Of a DNA stretch of 64,000 nt, positions 25,819-38,141 are shown in pieces. The stretch is from Parasitella parasitica NRRL 2501 (taxonomy: Eukaryota; Fungi; Mucoromycota): the NCBI GenBank assembly GCA_025201805.1, contig MU619244.1, positions 240,861 through 304,860 on the forward strand, given 5' to 3'. The stretch's first letter is position 1, and every line of letters starts with the position of its first letter. Under the pieces are notes generated by a model that worked only from the letters and a program-made list of their open reading frames with translations, ran no database searches and was not told the origin of the DNA. Both the position numbers and the translations under genes were made by a program.

Positions 25819-27461
25819 ATGAGAGGCCAGTCGCACCGTGTGAGAGCATTTTGCTCAAGTGCTAATTGTTTTGATCGCATTATAAAGACTTCCAAAGACC
25901 GTAAACTTCATTTCGAGCAGGCCAATTCTTGGAAAGCTACCCAATATCATGGATCTCTTGGTAGCAATGAGCCTAGATTACCCAAGAAGAAGGTGGCCTT
26001 GTTGCTAGGTTTCAATGGCACGCCGTTTCAAGGCATGCAAACGTAAGTTTCAATACAAGGGCAAAGACTATCATTCACGGATAATTTTGGACATTAGAAA
26101 CGTAGGGGCCCGGACGATCGAGAGTGAGTTATTTGATGCTCTTTGCAAAACAGGGGCCGTCTCTGCATCGAATGCTGTAGACCCTAAAAAAGTGCAATTA
26201 ATGCGGGCAGCTCGGACAGACAAAGGCGTTCATGCCTCTTGTAACCTTGTATCTCTTAAAATGATTTGTGAGGACGATGAGATTGTTGAAAAACTAAATG
26301 CTGTGTTACCAGAGGAAATAAGGGTTTGGGGTAATAATTTTGCGTTGCAGAATCATCCGAGATTTAATGAGATCTAATTCCCCTGAGGTATTTTAGGTTA
26401 TGTCGAAACGCAGCGAAGCTTTCATGCTAAAACCAAGTGTGATTCCAGAATTTACGAGTATTTAATGCCATCATACGCTTTGAAGCAGCTGGAGCCTGAC
26501 AAAATATGGACAAACGAGCCTCAGTCAGAAAACGATATCAAGATCGCTACGGAAGACAGCACATTGATTCGATACATAAAACCGACCGACCCTACTAAAC
26601 TGCTTGCTTATCGCGTAGATCAGGAACGCTTTTCAACGTTCAAACAAGCGATGCAAATGTTTAAAGGCACACATAACTTTCACAACTATACAGTCGGAAG
26701 AGCCTTTACAGATCAAGCAGCGAATCGGTTTATGATTGACATCAGTGTGGACGATCCAATGATCATACAAGGCATGGAATGGCTCAGTGTCAAACTTCAT
26801 GGTCAATCCTTCATGCTGCATCAAATAAGAAAAATGATATGTAAGGATAGTAAATGCTCGTAAAGATAGCATTGAAATTTAAAGACAACACATATAGCAA
26901 TGGCAATGCTTTGTACTCGGACTGGTACGCCACTGACTCTCTTGGATAAGACATTTGAATCAGCCAAAATAAATATACCCAAGGCTCCGGCTCTGGGTCT
27001 GCTGCTTGATCGCCCTGTTTTCAAACTGTACAATGATCGTATGCAAGCTATGGAGCAGAGAAAGACTATAGATTTCGATCAATACCAGGTATAACAATCT
27101 AATGTTGAGCCTCACTATTATTACTTTATATAGTTATATATATATATATCATATTTACCCATATATTTAGCATGCAATTGAAAAATTCAAAAGGGAATCC
27201 ATCTACTCCAAGATATTTCAGCAAGAACTTCGAGACAAAGTGTAAGTCGTTCTTTCTCTCAAACATTTTGAAATGTTGAAATAACGTCTGTATGTGCATT
27301 TTAGCTTTGACGCTTTCCTCTTGGCAATTGATTCACATGTCGAAAAAGATTATAAATTTTTTAACAAAGACGGCATTATTCCATATGATTCAATTCTACA
27401 GACAAAACACTCGGTGCATTCACCATCAGCAAGAAATGCCTCCTCACGATTACATGAGTAA
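25819..27461 (+). CDS. tRNA pseudouridine synthase, TruA family (Pus1/Pus2-like)
   Basis: KVALLLGFNG..FQGMQ, RAARTDKGVHA, CDSRIYEY, GTHNFHNYT, HGQSFMLHQIRKM and PKAPALGLLL motifs; multi-exon. The start codon is less certain. Confidence 0.92.
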
Positions 27462-27739
27462 AGAACTTCTTGTTGGTTTTACGACCTATAACCTGTCATT
27501 CCAGGGTTCGAATCTAGATATGTTCAATGATCCTAAACAGTGTCTCAACAACTCAACATGAATATAATATTTCTTTATGAAGATGGGCATGGGAATGTTA
27601 TTTATGAGAATGGTGGTCCCAAGTCCTCGGACTACATTGTTGATCAGAATGAATGATCAAGTCGTCAGCAGCCGTTACATGAGCTCTTTGTTTCGACATT
27701 TAACCCAGCATTTGTAAGAATGCGAAACGAAACCTTTGA

Positions 27740-27880
27740 AATTGCTCGATACACTTCTTTATCTTTTCATGCAGGTGAATGGGTCCATTATACATGACTA
27801 TATAGCAACCTTTCATTTTCGAGTGTGTGTCCATTTCAACAAGGGTCATATTACAAAACTGATACGGTATGGTGGCCTGT
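27740..27880 (-). mobile_element. Short, heavily decayed Tc1/IS630 transposase fragment
   Basis: Minus-strand translation FCNMTLVEMDTHSKMKGCYIVMYNGPIH resembles FLKAALDEM..EMKGHNLVMDNAPIH at about 2605-2680. Confidence 0.55.
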
Positions 27881-30800
27881 TACTGTTCCAGAAACGACAT
27901 ATCCTTCATGCCTGTATTTTCCCATCTGCAAACCCAATTGCACCGCTGCTCAATGGAAAGAAGGCTGCATTCACGTCTCATACATTTATTAACAGCGCTG
28001 CGTGATGCTTAAAGATCATGAAATCGCTTCAACAAATGATCGGCTACTTCAACAACAGTAGTAGCAGAGGGATTAGCATCAATGAAATTGATAGCAGTCG
28101 ATTTATGCTCTTCAGTTAAGACACACTTTCGGCCTACTTTTTCACAGCTCTCAAAAATACTCTCAGAACACGCATTATACAGGCTCAGTCCAGGAACATG
28201 TCCTAATAGATCATGTTCTATATTTATGACTCAACATGATATGTTCATGGGCAATAGATACAATATATTGTCCCATTCTCTAAACCACTCACCATGTCTC
28301 ACACTTACACCTTATCCCCCCCATCAGTTCACTTGTATTCACTAGTATAGAAACCATCATATTTTTCATGTAATAAACAGTATCTGAGGTAAATCATGGG
28401 TAATCCCAATTTACATTCCACGGGTTCCAGATAGCAAAACCCTTTGTTATAGTTCACATTGAATTAACGCTAGCAATATGATATTGTGTATAAATACATA
28501 CATATATATATGTATAGGATGTATCTGTATTATCGTGTAGTTCTTTGGCAGATTTATTTCTATTTGGCTTTGGACATCACAGAACCGTAAAAGCGATCTA
28601 ATTTGGAGAACATAGCGTTGATTTGGCGCTATTTTGATATCTACAAAGTTATCATCAAAATTGCACGTAAATGCTAATGAAGATTCAATAAAGACCACAA
28701 TTTCGGATTAATTTGCTTTCGGTTGATCCCTATACATCACTTAATTTCCACTGGGCGATGTGTCCATCAAAAAGTAGGACAAAAATAGATGGTTTCTTAG
28801 ACAAGGACATTTCTGCGTTAATTCTTATTTAAAAATATTACGAAAATTCAACATTAAATGCGACCCAGGAGCATTTGCTGTAGCAACTTAGTCTGAATTA
28901 CGGTAACCATTGTACCCACTATATATTCTATGGATACAACAAATATTACACTGAAGATCATCAGCCACCTGCTAAAAAATCAATTACATTGTTTTTTGCA
29001 GACTGTAATAAGGCCATTTAAAAAGAACTTGCAGTAGATTAGGGATTACGATATGAATCCATCAAATGTTACTGATCCAAGCGAACCATTCGATCCGTAT
29101 TAGATTCACGTATTCAATAAATAGCAATGCCTTCCACTCTTCGGTTAGCATCGTGCTCCGTAAGAAAGCCCGCGGCAACTACGAGTAGTGCACCCGCATC
29201 AGAACGGTGGTCAAGTTTTTTTATACTATAATTTTGGGGAGGAGACAGCCCGTCATATATATATCGTAATGAATTTGTAGTCAAATTATTTTGGATATGT
29301 CAATTTACAGTACTAGCATATAATATCCTATGTAATCGTAAATACCAAAAAGAGTATTTCTTTTCTAAAAATTTACTAACTTTTAATATTTAAAAACATG
29401 TGTCCTTCTCGTTTTGTGGAATCAAATTCTGTGTAATCCATTCTATTTTCGTAATATATGCTATATTTTCATTAAAGTTAATCAGTTTAAAGGAACTGAA
29501 AAATCAGCATATTATGTTTAAAAGTATAAATCTTCCAAATCAAACTGCTTGTCAAGTATATGCAAAAGCAAATGCTGTAAACATGCAAAATTATTGAAAA
29601 AAATAGTGTTTCTGTAAGATACGTAAAACCCTGATGCTATAAACATGCATTTGGCAATTTTAAATTAAAGAAAACAAAAAAAACTGACCACATTTTTTGT
29701 TGGTAAGCAAAAACCTTGTTGAAAGATTTATCAAATAAAAGCTAGTTTTTTTTTTTTTTTTTGAATGACAGTGTGTTCGTCAACGTTACACCTATATAAA
29801 GTACTTTTAAAAACGTACGAGATTAAAAGGAATTTCAACTTTTAACCCTGTCAATAACACAACCGAGCGTATGTATGCTATAATACGAACTAGTGCTTTT
29901 AGTAAAAAGCTCTAAAAAAATGGCCTGGTTGTATTTAAAGTTGAAAGTTAGTAGACTGGGTAATCCAAAAACGGGAAACTACTCCCCTTTGCACACAATT
30001 AGGGATTTTTTGAATAATAGGGGTTTTTAAGGAATTATAGCTCTTCTTAAGGAAACCTTGATTTGCATAATTTATTTGAAGATCTTCACCTATATTGTTA
30101 ACATCTCCTATCTCATCACTTTTCATGCAAACTAAATCTATAAATTTTAACCTTGATTATATTATCTAGGTTAAGTAAATGATTGTAAAATTTCAAATAA
30201 CTAGCTGTCATGATTCCGTTGGTCTCAGAGAATGGTTTTTAGTCTTTTGAATCAAGAAACATATAGTCGTACTTGACTTATGAGATAATGATGATCCGAG
30301 AATAAGGTTATTTGTTATACTACTTGCACACGGAATTATAAACAATTTGTCTATATATGCGTATGATGTATTTAATGCAGCAGAAAAAATCCTTCAACAC
30401 CTCCGGAATATTCTGTCACTCTTGTTCCAAGCTCACGAATAACATTCGCATCCTTGGAATTAAAGGGGCTAGAGACTTGGTGCATGAATGTTGAACATGC
30501 TATCGCCACTAGGTAAATATATATACGCACATAAAGTGATTATCTGCCCACTGTGTCTTTATTAAAGCACTATCTTGCCTGCGATAAACATTGGATCGAT
30601 CTTGTTTTATCTATAATTATAATCTTTAATTGTCTGAAGATTTTTAAATTTTTAGTTCTTGTTTTATACTGAAAAATTTTCACATCTTGTTTGGTTTCAC
30701 GACCCCCCCCCCAATGACAAGGTGGTTAGATTTTTTTTTTTTAGTCATTCATAAGGATACCACAACGCTTAAGTCGTGGCGTAGATTCGTGGGCTTGTGC

Positions 30801-32180
30801 CCCTCGTCCAAGGACAAGATCAGGACCTTTTTGCATCAAATTTATCGGGCGCAAAGTCAAAAATAACATTATAAAGTGGGGATCCAGACCATCAAACACT
30901 CTTTAGATCTATTACAAAAACTACTACCGACACCAGCTCGTCGATTCTTTTCGGTATTGCGATGATAAATTCACTAAATGTGCCATCGGGTTCTGCAGTG
31001 TGATATCCTAAGCAAATGAATCTAACCGAAATCTGAATTCGCATCGACAGCATTCGAGAAAGCGGTCAACAAACCGTGTAATGCCAGCATGCTCGGGTCT
31101 CGTTCCTGCCAAAACTCATGCATCCAGGAACCAACGATCAGTGCAGAATCAACGGCACAACCTGTGATAACGATCTCAGCTCCGGCATCTAGAGCAGAGC
31201 AAACGCCTTCGTACCAGGATATGCATAAAGTGATACAATGGGCTCCTCGGAATCGGAAAGTCTATCTGAGTGCAGTTGCTGGTGCCTTGAATAGATGAAA
31301 CAGGAGAACTCAAACAAATTTTTCAGCTTGATTCCAAGATGCTGTACTGTAGATGTTACCCAGTATCTTGCGCTTTAGATCCCGTCAAAACATCACTTAA
31401 GCTAGCATCTAAACTTTTTACATGTACAACACTACATTCGGTTCAATTAGTAGATCTTTTTGAGCAAGGTATCCACATTAGTCCCCTTTTGAATAACATC
31501 ATGCTAAGTATGACCAAGAATATACAGCATCATCATATTTGTGATTCATGTATATCAGCACACGGCATTGATTCTGTTGGATAGAAAAACTACTCATTGT
31601 AAAATCTATAGCAGGGGTCATGAAAACAAGACTTTTTTTTTTTTTTGTTTTTTGCATAATAAATCGTTACAATTGTATGTAGCCTACTAAATGACTAGCG
31701 AATAAATAATTTGATTCTTGTACTCTCAACTAACTGAACAGCAGCTTCAGATAAAGCGCTGTAAAAGGCAAAGCTACAGCCATTTTATTTGTAAATTTTA
31801 TATAGAACCCAATAGTGAATAGGTCAAGACTATATTTTTCCACCAGTAACTGTGTGTGGTAAAACTTTCTAATGCAGGAATTTGTGAAGCCAATAATTCG
31901 GATTAGTAAAATGCTATTTAAAGAATTTAAGGGAATATAAAGCTCGTGAAAACCATCCAAGCATTATTGTTGAAGCATGAATGCATTTGAATTTATGCAA
32001 AATTGGGTGCCTCCGTTTTATAACAATCTATTATACAATACTATCTTACCCATTCATTCATGATGTTGAGACGTCATTAGGTAGATTGCTTGGATCACTG
32101 AGACTGAACTCACCATTTAACACCCCCAAAAGGAGTAATTCAGCACGAAATTGTTAGGAGAAAGACGGCTTTTGGTTGTT

Positions 32181-32273
<93 letters not shown>

Positions 32274-32301
32274 CATTGTCGTTATTCTCTCCAGCAAAAA
32301 T

Positions 32302-32848
32302 ATGGAATCAAATTTCAATCAAATCTGTAGCCGATTGTTTTATAGTGGGCTCCTGGTTGCCATGATGACCGATCGGGACGGGGTTGTCATTCTAAAAAGT
32401 AGTAGAGGACCCTGGCAACGCATTTGCATAGCAACCTACTAAAATATAGAAATTTTTCCTTAGGCGTATCTGACGAAGCAAAAGAAGCTATGACTGAGCC
32501 CATCATGCCGACAACATTTGCTATTGCTAATAACCAGGTAAAGAATTGTCTACGCAATGTCGGATCATGGAGTGCTAAGTCGATATGTCCAAGTAGGCCT
32601 CGAAACTTGGACTCGAACACAATAAAAGTATCATCAGTTTTTATGAGAAATATCAAGTTATTCAACTAGATCAATCACCATTAATCATCACCTTGATCGC
32701 CAATTCTACAGCCAATACAGGTACGAAAACCAGCCCAGATATTCATGCTCAAAATAAAACTAAGTTTCGTATACCAGGGCTTTTTATGAATCTTGGTAAT
32801 GATTTATTGAAATTGACAGAACCATTGGTTAATGCATTAAATGAATGA
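32302..32848 (+). CDS. LAMTOR3: Ragulator subunit LAMTOR3/MP1 (roadblock fold)
   Basis: Four exons give TDRDGVVILK, TFAIANNQASKLGL..NKSIISFYEKYQVIQ and ANSTANTGL. Confidence 0.9.
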
Positions 32849-33261
32849 ATAAAATACCCACCTTCTTATATTGACATATAAAGATATTTTCATGCAAACA
32901 TAAAAAAAGATAAAAATAAGTAGCCCAATCAGTAGTATGTTGGCATTGGGCAGTTTTTTTTTTCTAGTAAAACAAAAAACTAGGCACCAGTTATATTAGA
33001 AAATATCTGTGTTACTTGCACTATTTGATCTTGTTAGTAAAAGACTGGAGTTCAAAGTTTTTGCTTTAAAAAAGATACATGAACCATTTATAGTGGTCAA
33101 ATCTTTTTTTCGTCGAGAGCCAAAAAAAAAAAAAAAAAAAAAACGTATATAAACTCAATGCATCTTCTCTTTTCCTTTTTCCTCTTTATTTACTTACCTA
33201 AATTATTCGTATATCCTTTATATTTTCCTCAACTCTTTTTATACCATCTTTATATCCAAGA

Positions 33262-34364
33262 ATGTCAACAAGCGGCTGGTTTTACATTCGATCCACAAAT
33301 ACAGGAAATGTTGTTTCTGCAACAAATGATCAAGAACTACTTCGCTCACAAGTTATTGTGACTCCACCTTCATTAGCCGATCATGAACTTTGGTGCTGGA
33401 AAGGTCAATTCTTATGCAATAAAGCAAACGGCCTTGTCCTTGATATCCGAAAAGGCAGATTGAGGCTGATTGAAGATACAGAAATTTGCTTATACACACC
33501 AAAGCCATTGGAAGATGCCCATAATCAACTTTGGAGTGTCCGAGAAGGTGCCGCTGATGCATATGGAAGACCTTTACCGGGATCTTATATTTATTCTCTC
33601 TGCAGTAATGAATGGGTCCTCGATGTGCAGCCTGCTGCAGATCAAGGTGTTCAGAAACTGGTGCTATTTCCCCTGCAACCCATTGACAATGATAACCAGC
33701 GCTGGATTTTTGTGAAAGAAGGTCAATTGGATTTAACTATTTCGATTAAAGAATCGCTATCCATTGCAAAAAAATACAACACCCCGCATCTCTCAATGTC
33801 TACATCTCTCATTACTCCACCAAGCTCTGTATCTACCTCGCCTGACTATCCAAAATCAGCTAATGATGAATATCCTCAAGGGCTAACTCCTGCTAAACGT
33901 GGATCGCATTCTGCTATTTTCTCAATGGAAGCATTTAAAGATTACTACAATCGAGTGTATGTGTCACAAGAGACTAGTGTTAGGTAAATGCCTTTTAACA
34001 TGCTTCTATATGTAATTTGTGCTTACATCCTAGTTTATATAGTGATAAGGGTATTGCAATGGCTTCAGCCTATCGTATATTTCAAGACTGGAAACTAGAT
34101 CAGATCGACAGTGATGTTATGATCGAGTTTCCTCTCTCATCCTCAAATGAAGTACGTTCTCGACTTCAAACCTTGACTCAAAATGAGGTAAGCCTAATGA
34201 ATGCATGCGTTATTCGCAAATGTTAACATAGCCTGTTTCTTTATTAGGTTTTGAAACTACTCTCAAATAGCAAAATGTACCCCAGTAATAATAAGGATAT
34301 CACTTCCAGCCTTTCAAGCCGTCTCATTACTCAGCTTTACGATCAAACTCCAATTTCGCCTTGA
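33262..34364 (+). CDS. Ricin-B (beta-trefoil) lectin-domain protein with a helical C-terminal extension
   Basis: WFYIRS..GNV, NKANGLVLDI, NQLW, WVLDV and NQRW repeats. Three exons; no signal peptide. Confidence 0.8.
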
Positions 34365-34575
34365 ATATTTGGCTTATACAATTGTACCTTCCTTTTGTGA
34401 ACACACATTCCTTTTGATCAATCTACCATTCTTTGTAATTATGTACGACACGCTTATTCTTTGCCGCCAATCCCCGTCTCTCTCATTTTTGAACATCTTT
34501 ATGATCATCTCTCTCTTTACCTTAAAAAAACCATTTTATGAAATATCTCCGTCAAAAGTCCAGCAACTTGCATTC

Positions 34576-34580
34576 ACACA

Positions 34581-34633
<53 letters not shown>
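34576..34633 (+). repeat. (CA)n microsatellite
   Basis: Seen directly. Confidence 0.95.
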
Positions 34634-34636
<3 letters not shown>

Positions 34637-37578
34637 CAAAACGATATATATTCACCGTCTATCCTTGTACAGTTACTTAATCTTTTCTTTGATTAAATCA
34701 AAAGAAAACAAGCAAAAACAACCGAAAAAAAATAAAGTCAAAAAGTTCCTCCTTGTCAATAGTTTTAACAATAAAATTGAAGTCGTTTGATCATCTACAT
34801 ATGGTATATAACAAACATTTGAATTTTTCAATTTTGACATGGACTAAAAAAAATGCTTGTTGGGGGGTTACAATTGTATCTGTGCGCATATATCCAGTTG
34901 AATTACAAAACAACTGTGGTACAAAATGACCTGGATTGCAATCCAATAGGGCTGAATTCACGGAAAACGGAATATTAATAGGGATATTAATGCACGCACA
35001 CACGCACACACAAATGGTCTCATGGTATATCCTTTTCAGTTCAAACTATATGTGTAATGTGGTCTAAACGTTCAGCTTTTTTTTTTTCTTTTTTTTTAAA
35101 TAATAGGGTATATCAATGTTAAATTCTACAATGATGGAATTTGATGATTAAAATTTAGGTTTAGGTTATTCACTTGATGTTAAATTACCCTATTTCATTA
35201 ATAAAATTCTCTTCTTTTAACGATGCTAAAAAAAAACCCCCCAAAGTTGCATTAAATAGTCGATTATTTAGTGAAAATAGTAAAAAGCTGATTTTCATCA
35301 TATGTATAAAACCAGGTCTGCATAAAAGTTTGTGCTCTGAAAAGTGTCATACACATATAGGATATCAGGGGAATTATACGTTGAACACCAAATGACGAGT
35401 TACACCATTAGATATGCACACATAATATTACATGTACCTTCAAACTCTAAAACCGCTATCTTTCCGCACTGAAGTACCCACAGATAAACAAGGCCATATA
35501 TAGACATCCGCTCGTTAAAATGCTACTTGGGAATAGGGCTAGTGAAGTAATGGTAAAAGTTGCCTTGTTATTCTGTTCATATATCACTTTTGGGCTTCTT
35601 ATCCATCTGTTCTAATCTGCAGGCTGCTTCTGTATCTTGATGTAGCAAATGCATGCAATGCGGAAACAGGTTATTATGATAGACAGTTTTTTGCTTTGTT
35701 TGCATATTGTATGTAATGTATCGACTCGTTTTGTTGAAAGATTGATCCGTGAGCCAGTAAAAAAGAGAAGGTTTTTTTTTTTTTTTTGAAAGTTACACCC
35801 AAGTGGGCCAAAAAAGCCATTTTCATCGCTCAAAAAGCCCATCGATCTAAGAAGCTAACCGATTTTTGTACTAAAATCCGGATTCCAAGTCTTACAGCAA
35901 TCGCCCTAACCCGTTCGTGTTTCTAGAAGATAACTCTATTCTTCTCATTTGAAAATGGCATGTTTATGGGCACAACAAATAATCCAAAAAGATCTCGACA
36001 TACACATAAATATACGATATAATATTGATAAATACTGAAACTCGACGGCCAATTTGTTTGCACATGTATTAGTATTTGCAAGTTTGCATCTGAAGGATTT
36101 ATTTTTTGATCAAGCTTGCTGCTTATATATAGTTGTTGTATTATATGTTCGGTGAAGATGTTACTATTTGGGCTAACAGATTCTAATAATATATATATTT
36201 TTTTTACGAATGATATGCTTGTGATACCGCTCAGGTTACAAACGGTCAGGCATATGTGACCCTCATGTTTGACGATGGATGTTCGCACATTCCTATGCTA
36301 AGCTTACATATTGCTATTCGCCTGCTATCAATATTCTCTTGCCCCAATTCAGGGACGAAAAATTGTATGTCGTGCAAACGCCTATACTCCTCACCTTCTT
36401 TTCAAAAAAGGGGGTATGGGTGTTGAAATTCCGACTGTAAAGAACGTTTTCCAGGTTTTTTTTTTTTTTTTTCAAGACCAAATGTGCCAGCTTTGGATTG
36501 TTATAACAGGATCAGTGTAGCTGCCAAGCATAATTGCAAAGTACAGTTCAAGTCTCTTACTTTTTTCCTTTCGAAAAATACCTTTTATGCATCTGTAGCA
36601 TGTCTAAATAATGTGTGCTTCGATTTTGAAAATTATTTTTTACGGCAAAAGCAGAAAAAGAGCTTTCAGCACGTTTTGTCGATACATAAAACAGCCAAAA
36701 GTAAATAAATTTGGTACTGAAATGTTCCTTGAGACGCTGCAGATGTTTTGATACAAGTTTTATTATAGCGTGAAACTTTTTAGTGTGAGTTTGAAGCAAC
36801 TTTCTTTGGACTCTCTGTGTTTGTGGCGCGTTTATTATCAAATGTTGGTCAGTATTTTTTAATGGCTGCTAGACTGCTTTCCCCCGGATGAGTTTGTTTC
36901 AGCAATGATTCAGAAATGAAGCTTACGAATGTGTGCAGATTTAATTAATTGTTATCGCACAATGCAGTTTACAGATTTCAAAACATTAGTTTAAAAAATT
37001 GGCTCGGTAACCAGACAATTAACCTACATATTGTCCATCACAAGTGGCGTGGTGCCTTGTTGATTTCAACAGGCCGCAGCCAACATTTTATTTTCACGCA
37101 AAGCTGAAACGACTTGCTGGCGAGTGTAGTGGATCAAAACAAGGCTTTTTTTCATGCCCTTCTAATAAAAATGAAACCTGGCTTTCCTCTTTGAGTTTTG
37201 GAATCGAAGCGCCTCTCATGATCTCTCTCTCTTTTCCCTAGGCGAATATAATCGTGTTAAATGCCATATAGATTTGATCTATCATTTTGAAAATGAAGCA
37301 CGTGACTCATCCAAAGCGGCCCTTCTTATTAGTGAAAAATGATGTTGATGCAATTGCTCCTTTCTGTGGAGATACCAGGTAAATAACTCGGGCTTAAGCC
37401 TCTTGATTACTTGCTGCTAAAAAAAAGTCATTAAATAAGAAATGAGGGCAATTTAACTGCTGAGCGGTGCTCTATACTATAATTACTTAGACATATATGA
37501 TTGAAGCCTAAAAATATATGTTACATTAATTCCCAACAAGACGCTTCATATTCAAGCTGCCCAAACACCAATGTTGTC

Positions 37579-37587
37579 CCCACGTGC
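37579..37587 (-). promoter_or_regulatory. Pho4-type E-box (GCACGTGGG) upstream of the SPX phosphate transporter
   Basis: Matches the yeast high-affinity Pho4 site, about 555 nt upstream of the ATG (across a sequence gap). A further CACGTG lies at 37299 and GCACGTTTT at 36669. Confidence 0.45.
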
Positions 37588-38141
37588 GGATCATGATTGG
37601 CTGTTCACAAGCGGGTAGGCAATTGAAATGAACAGCTTAANNNNNNNNNNAAAAAAAAAAAAAAAAAAAAAAAGTTGAAACCAAAAGATTAAATGGAAAA
37701 ATCGAGGCGGCAAAATAGCTGATTACTCATGCTATATACGATAGGTGGCATGCAGGAGAATTAGGGAGCCGTGGCTAAACATGATTGTGAGCAAAGCGAA
37801 AAGAGATGGATATATTCAATGTAACGTCAGATTGCTGTCCTTATTCCTTGACTTCCATTTTGACATTTACTGGAGATGCTACAGCTGTTTTGTTACCATG
37901 GATTTGCAGTCAGAGGCCAGTTATATCGTGTTATTTGCAGCATGTGAGATCGTGTGGGCAGACTTCAGGCCAATCAGGGTAATTCCCAAGTTGCCTAATA
38001 CGGCTAATTGCGGACGGATGGCTCCTGTAGAACCAACGTTTCAAAAATAAATAAGAAACCCTTTTTGCTTTTTGTTTTCATTTTTGCTTCTCTTTCTCCC
38101 TTTCTCTTTTCTTGGGAAACCACATCGATCATCTATTTATA

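Noticed and set aside
29127-29255. Short similarities to U12/U4atac snRNA, an Sm-like AATTTTGG site and a 16S rRNA motif
   Set aside because: The matches are short and wrongly spaced, and no coherent structure can be supported without a covariance search.
32182-32273. 92-nt poly(T), plus the 92-nt poly(A) at 60860-60951 and their poly-Phe/poly-Lys ORFs
   Set aside because: Both runs are exactly 92 nt and one abuts an N gap, which points to an assembly artefact rather than real length or coding sequence.
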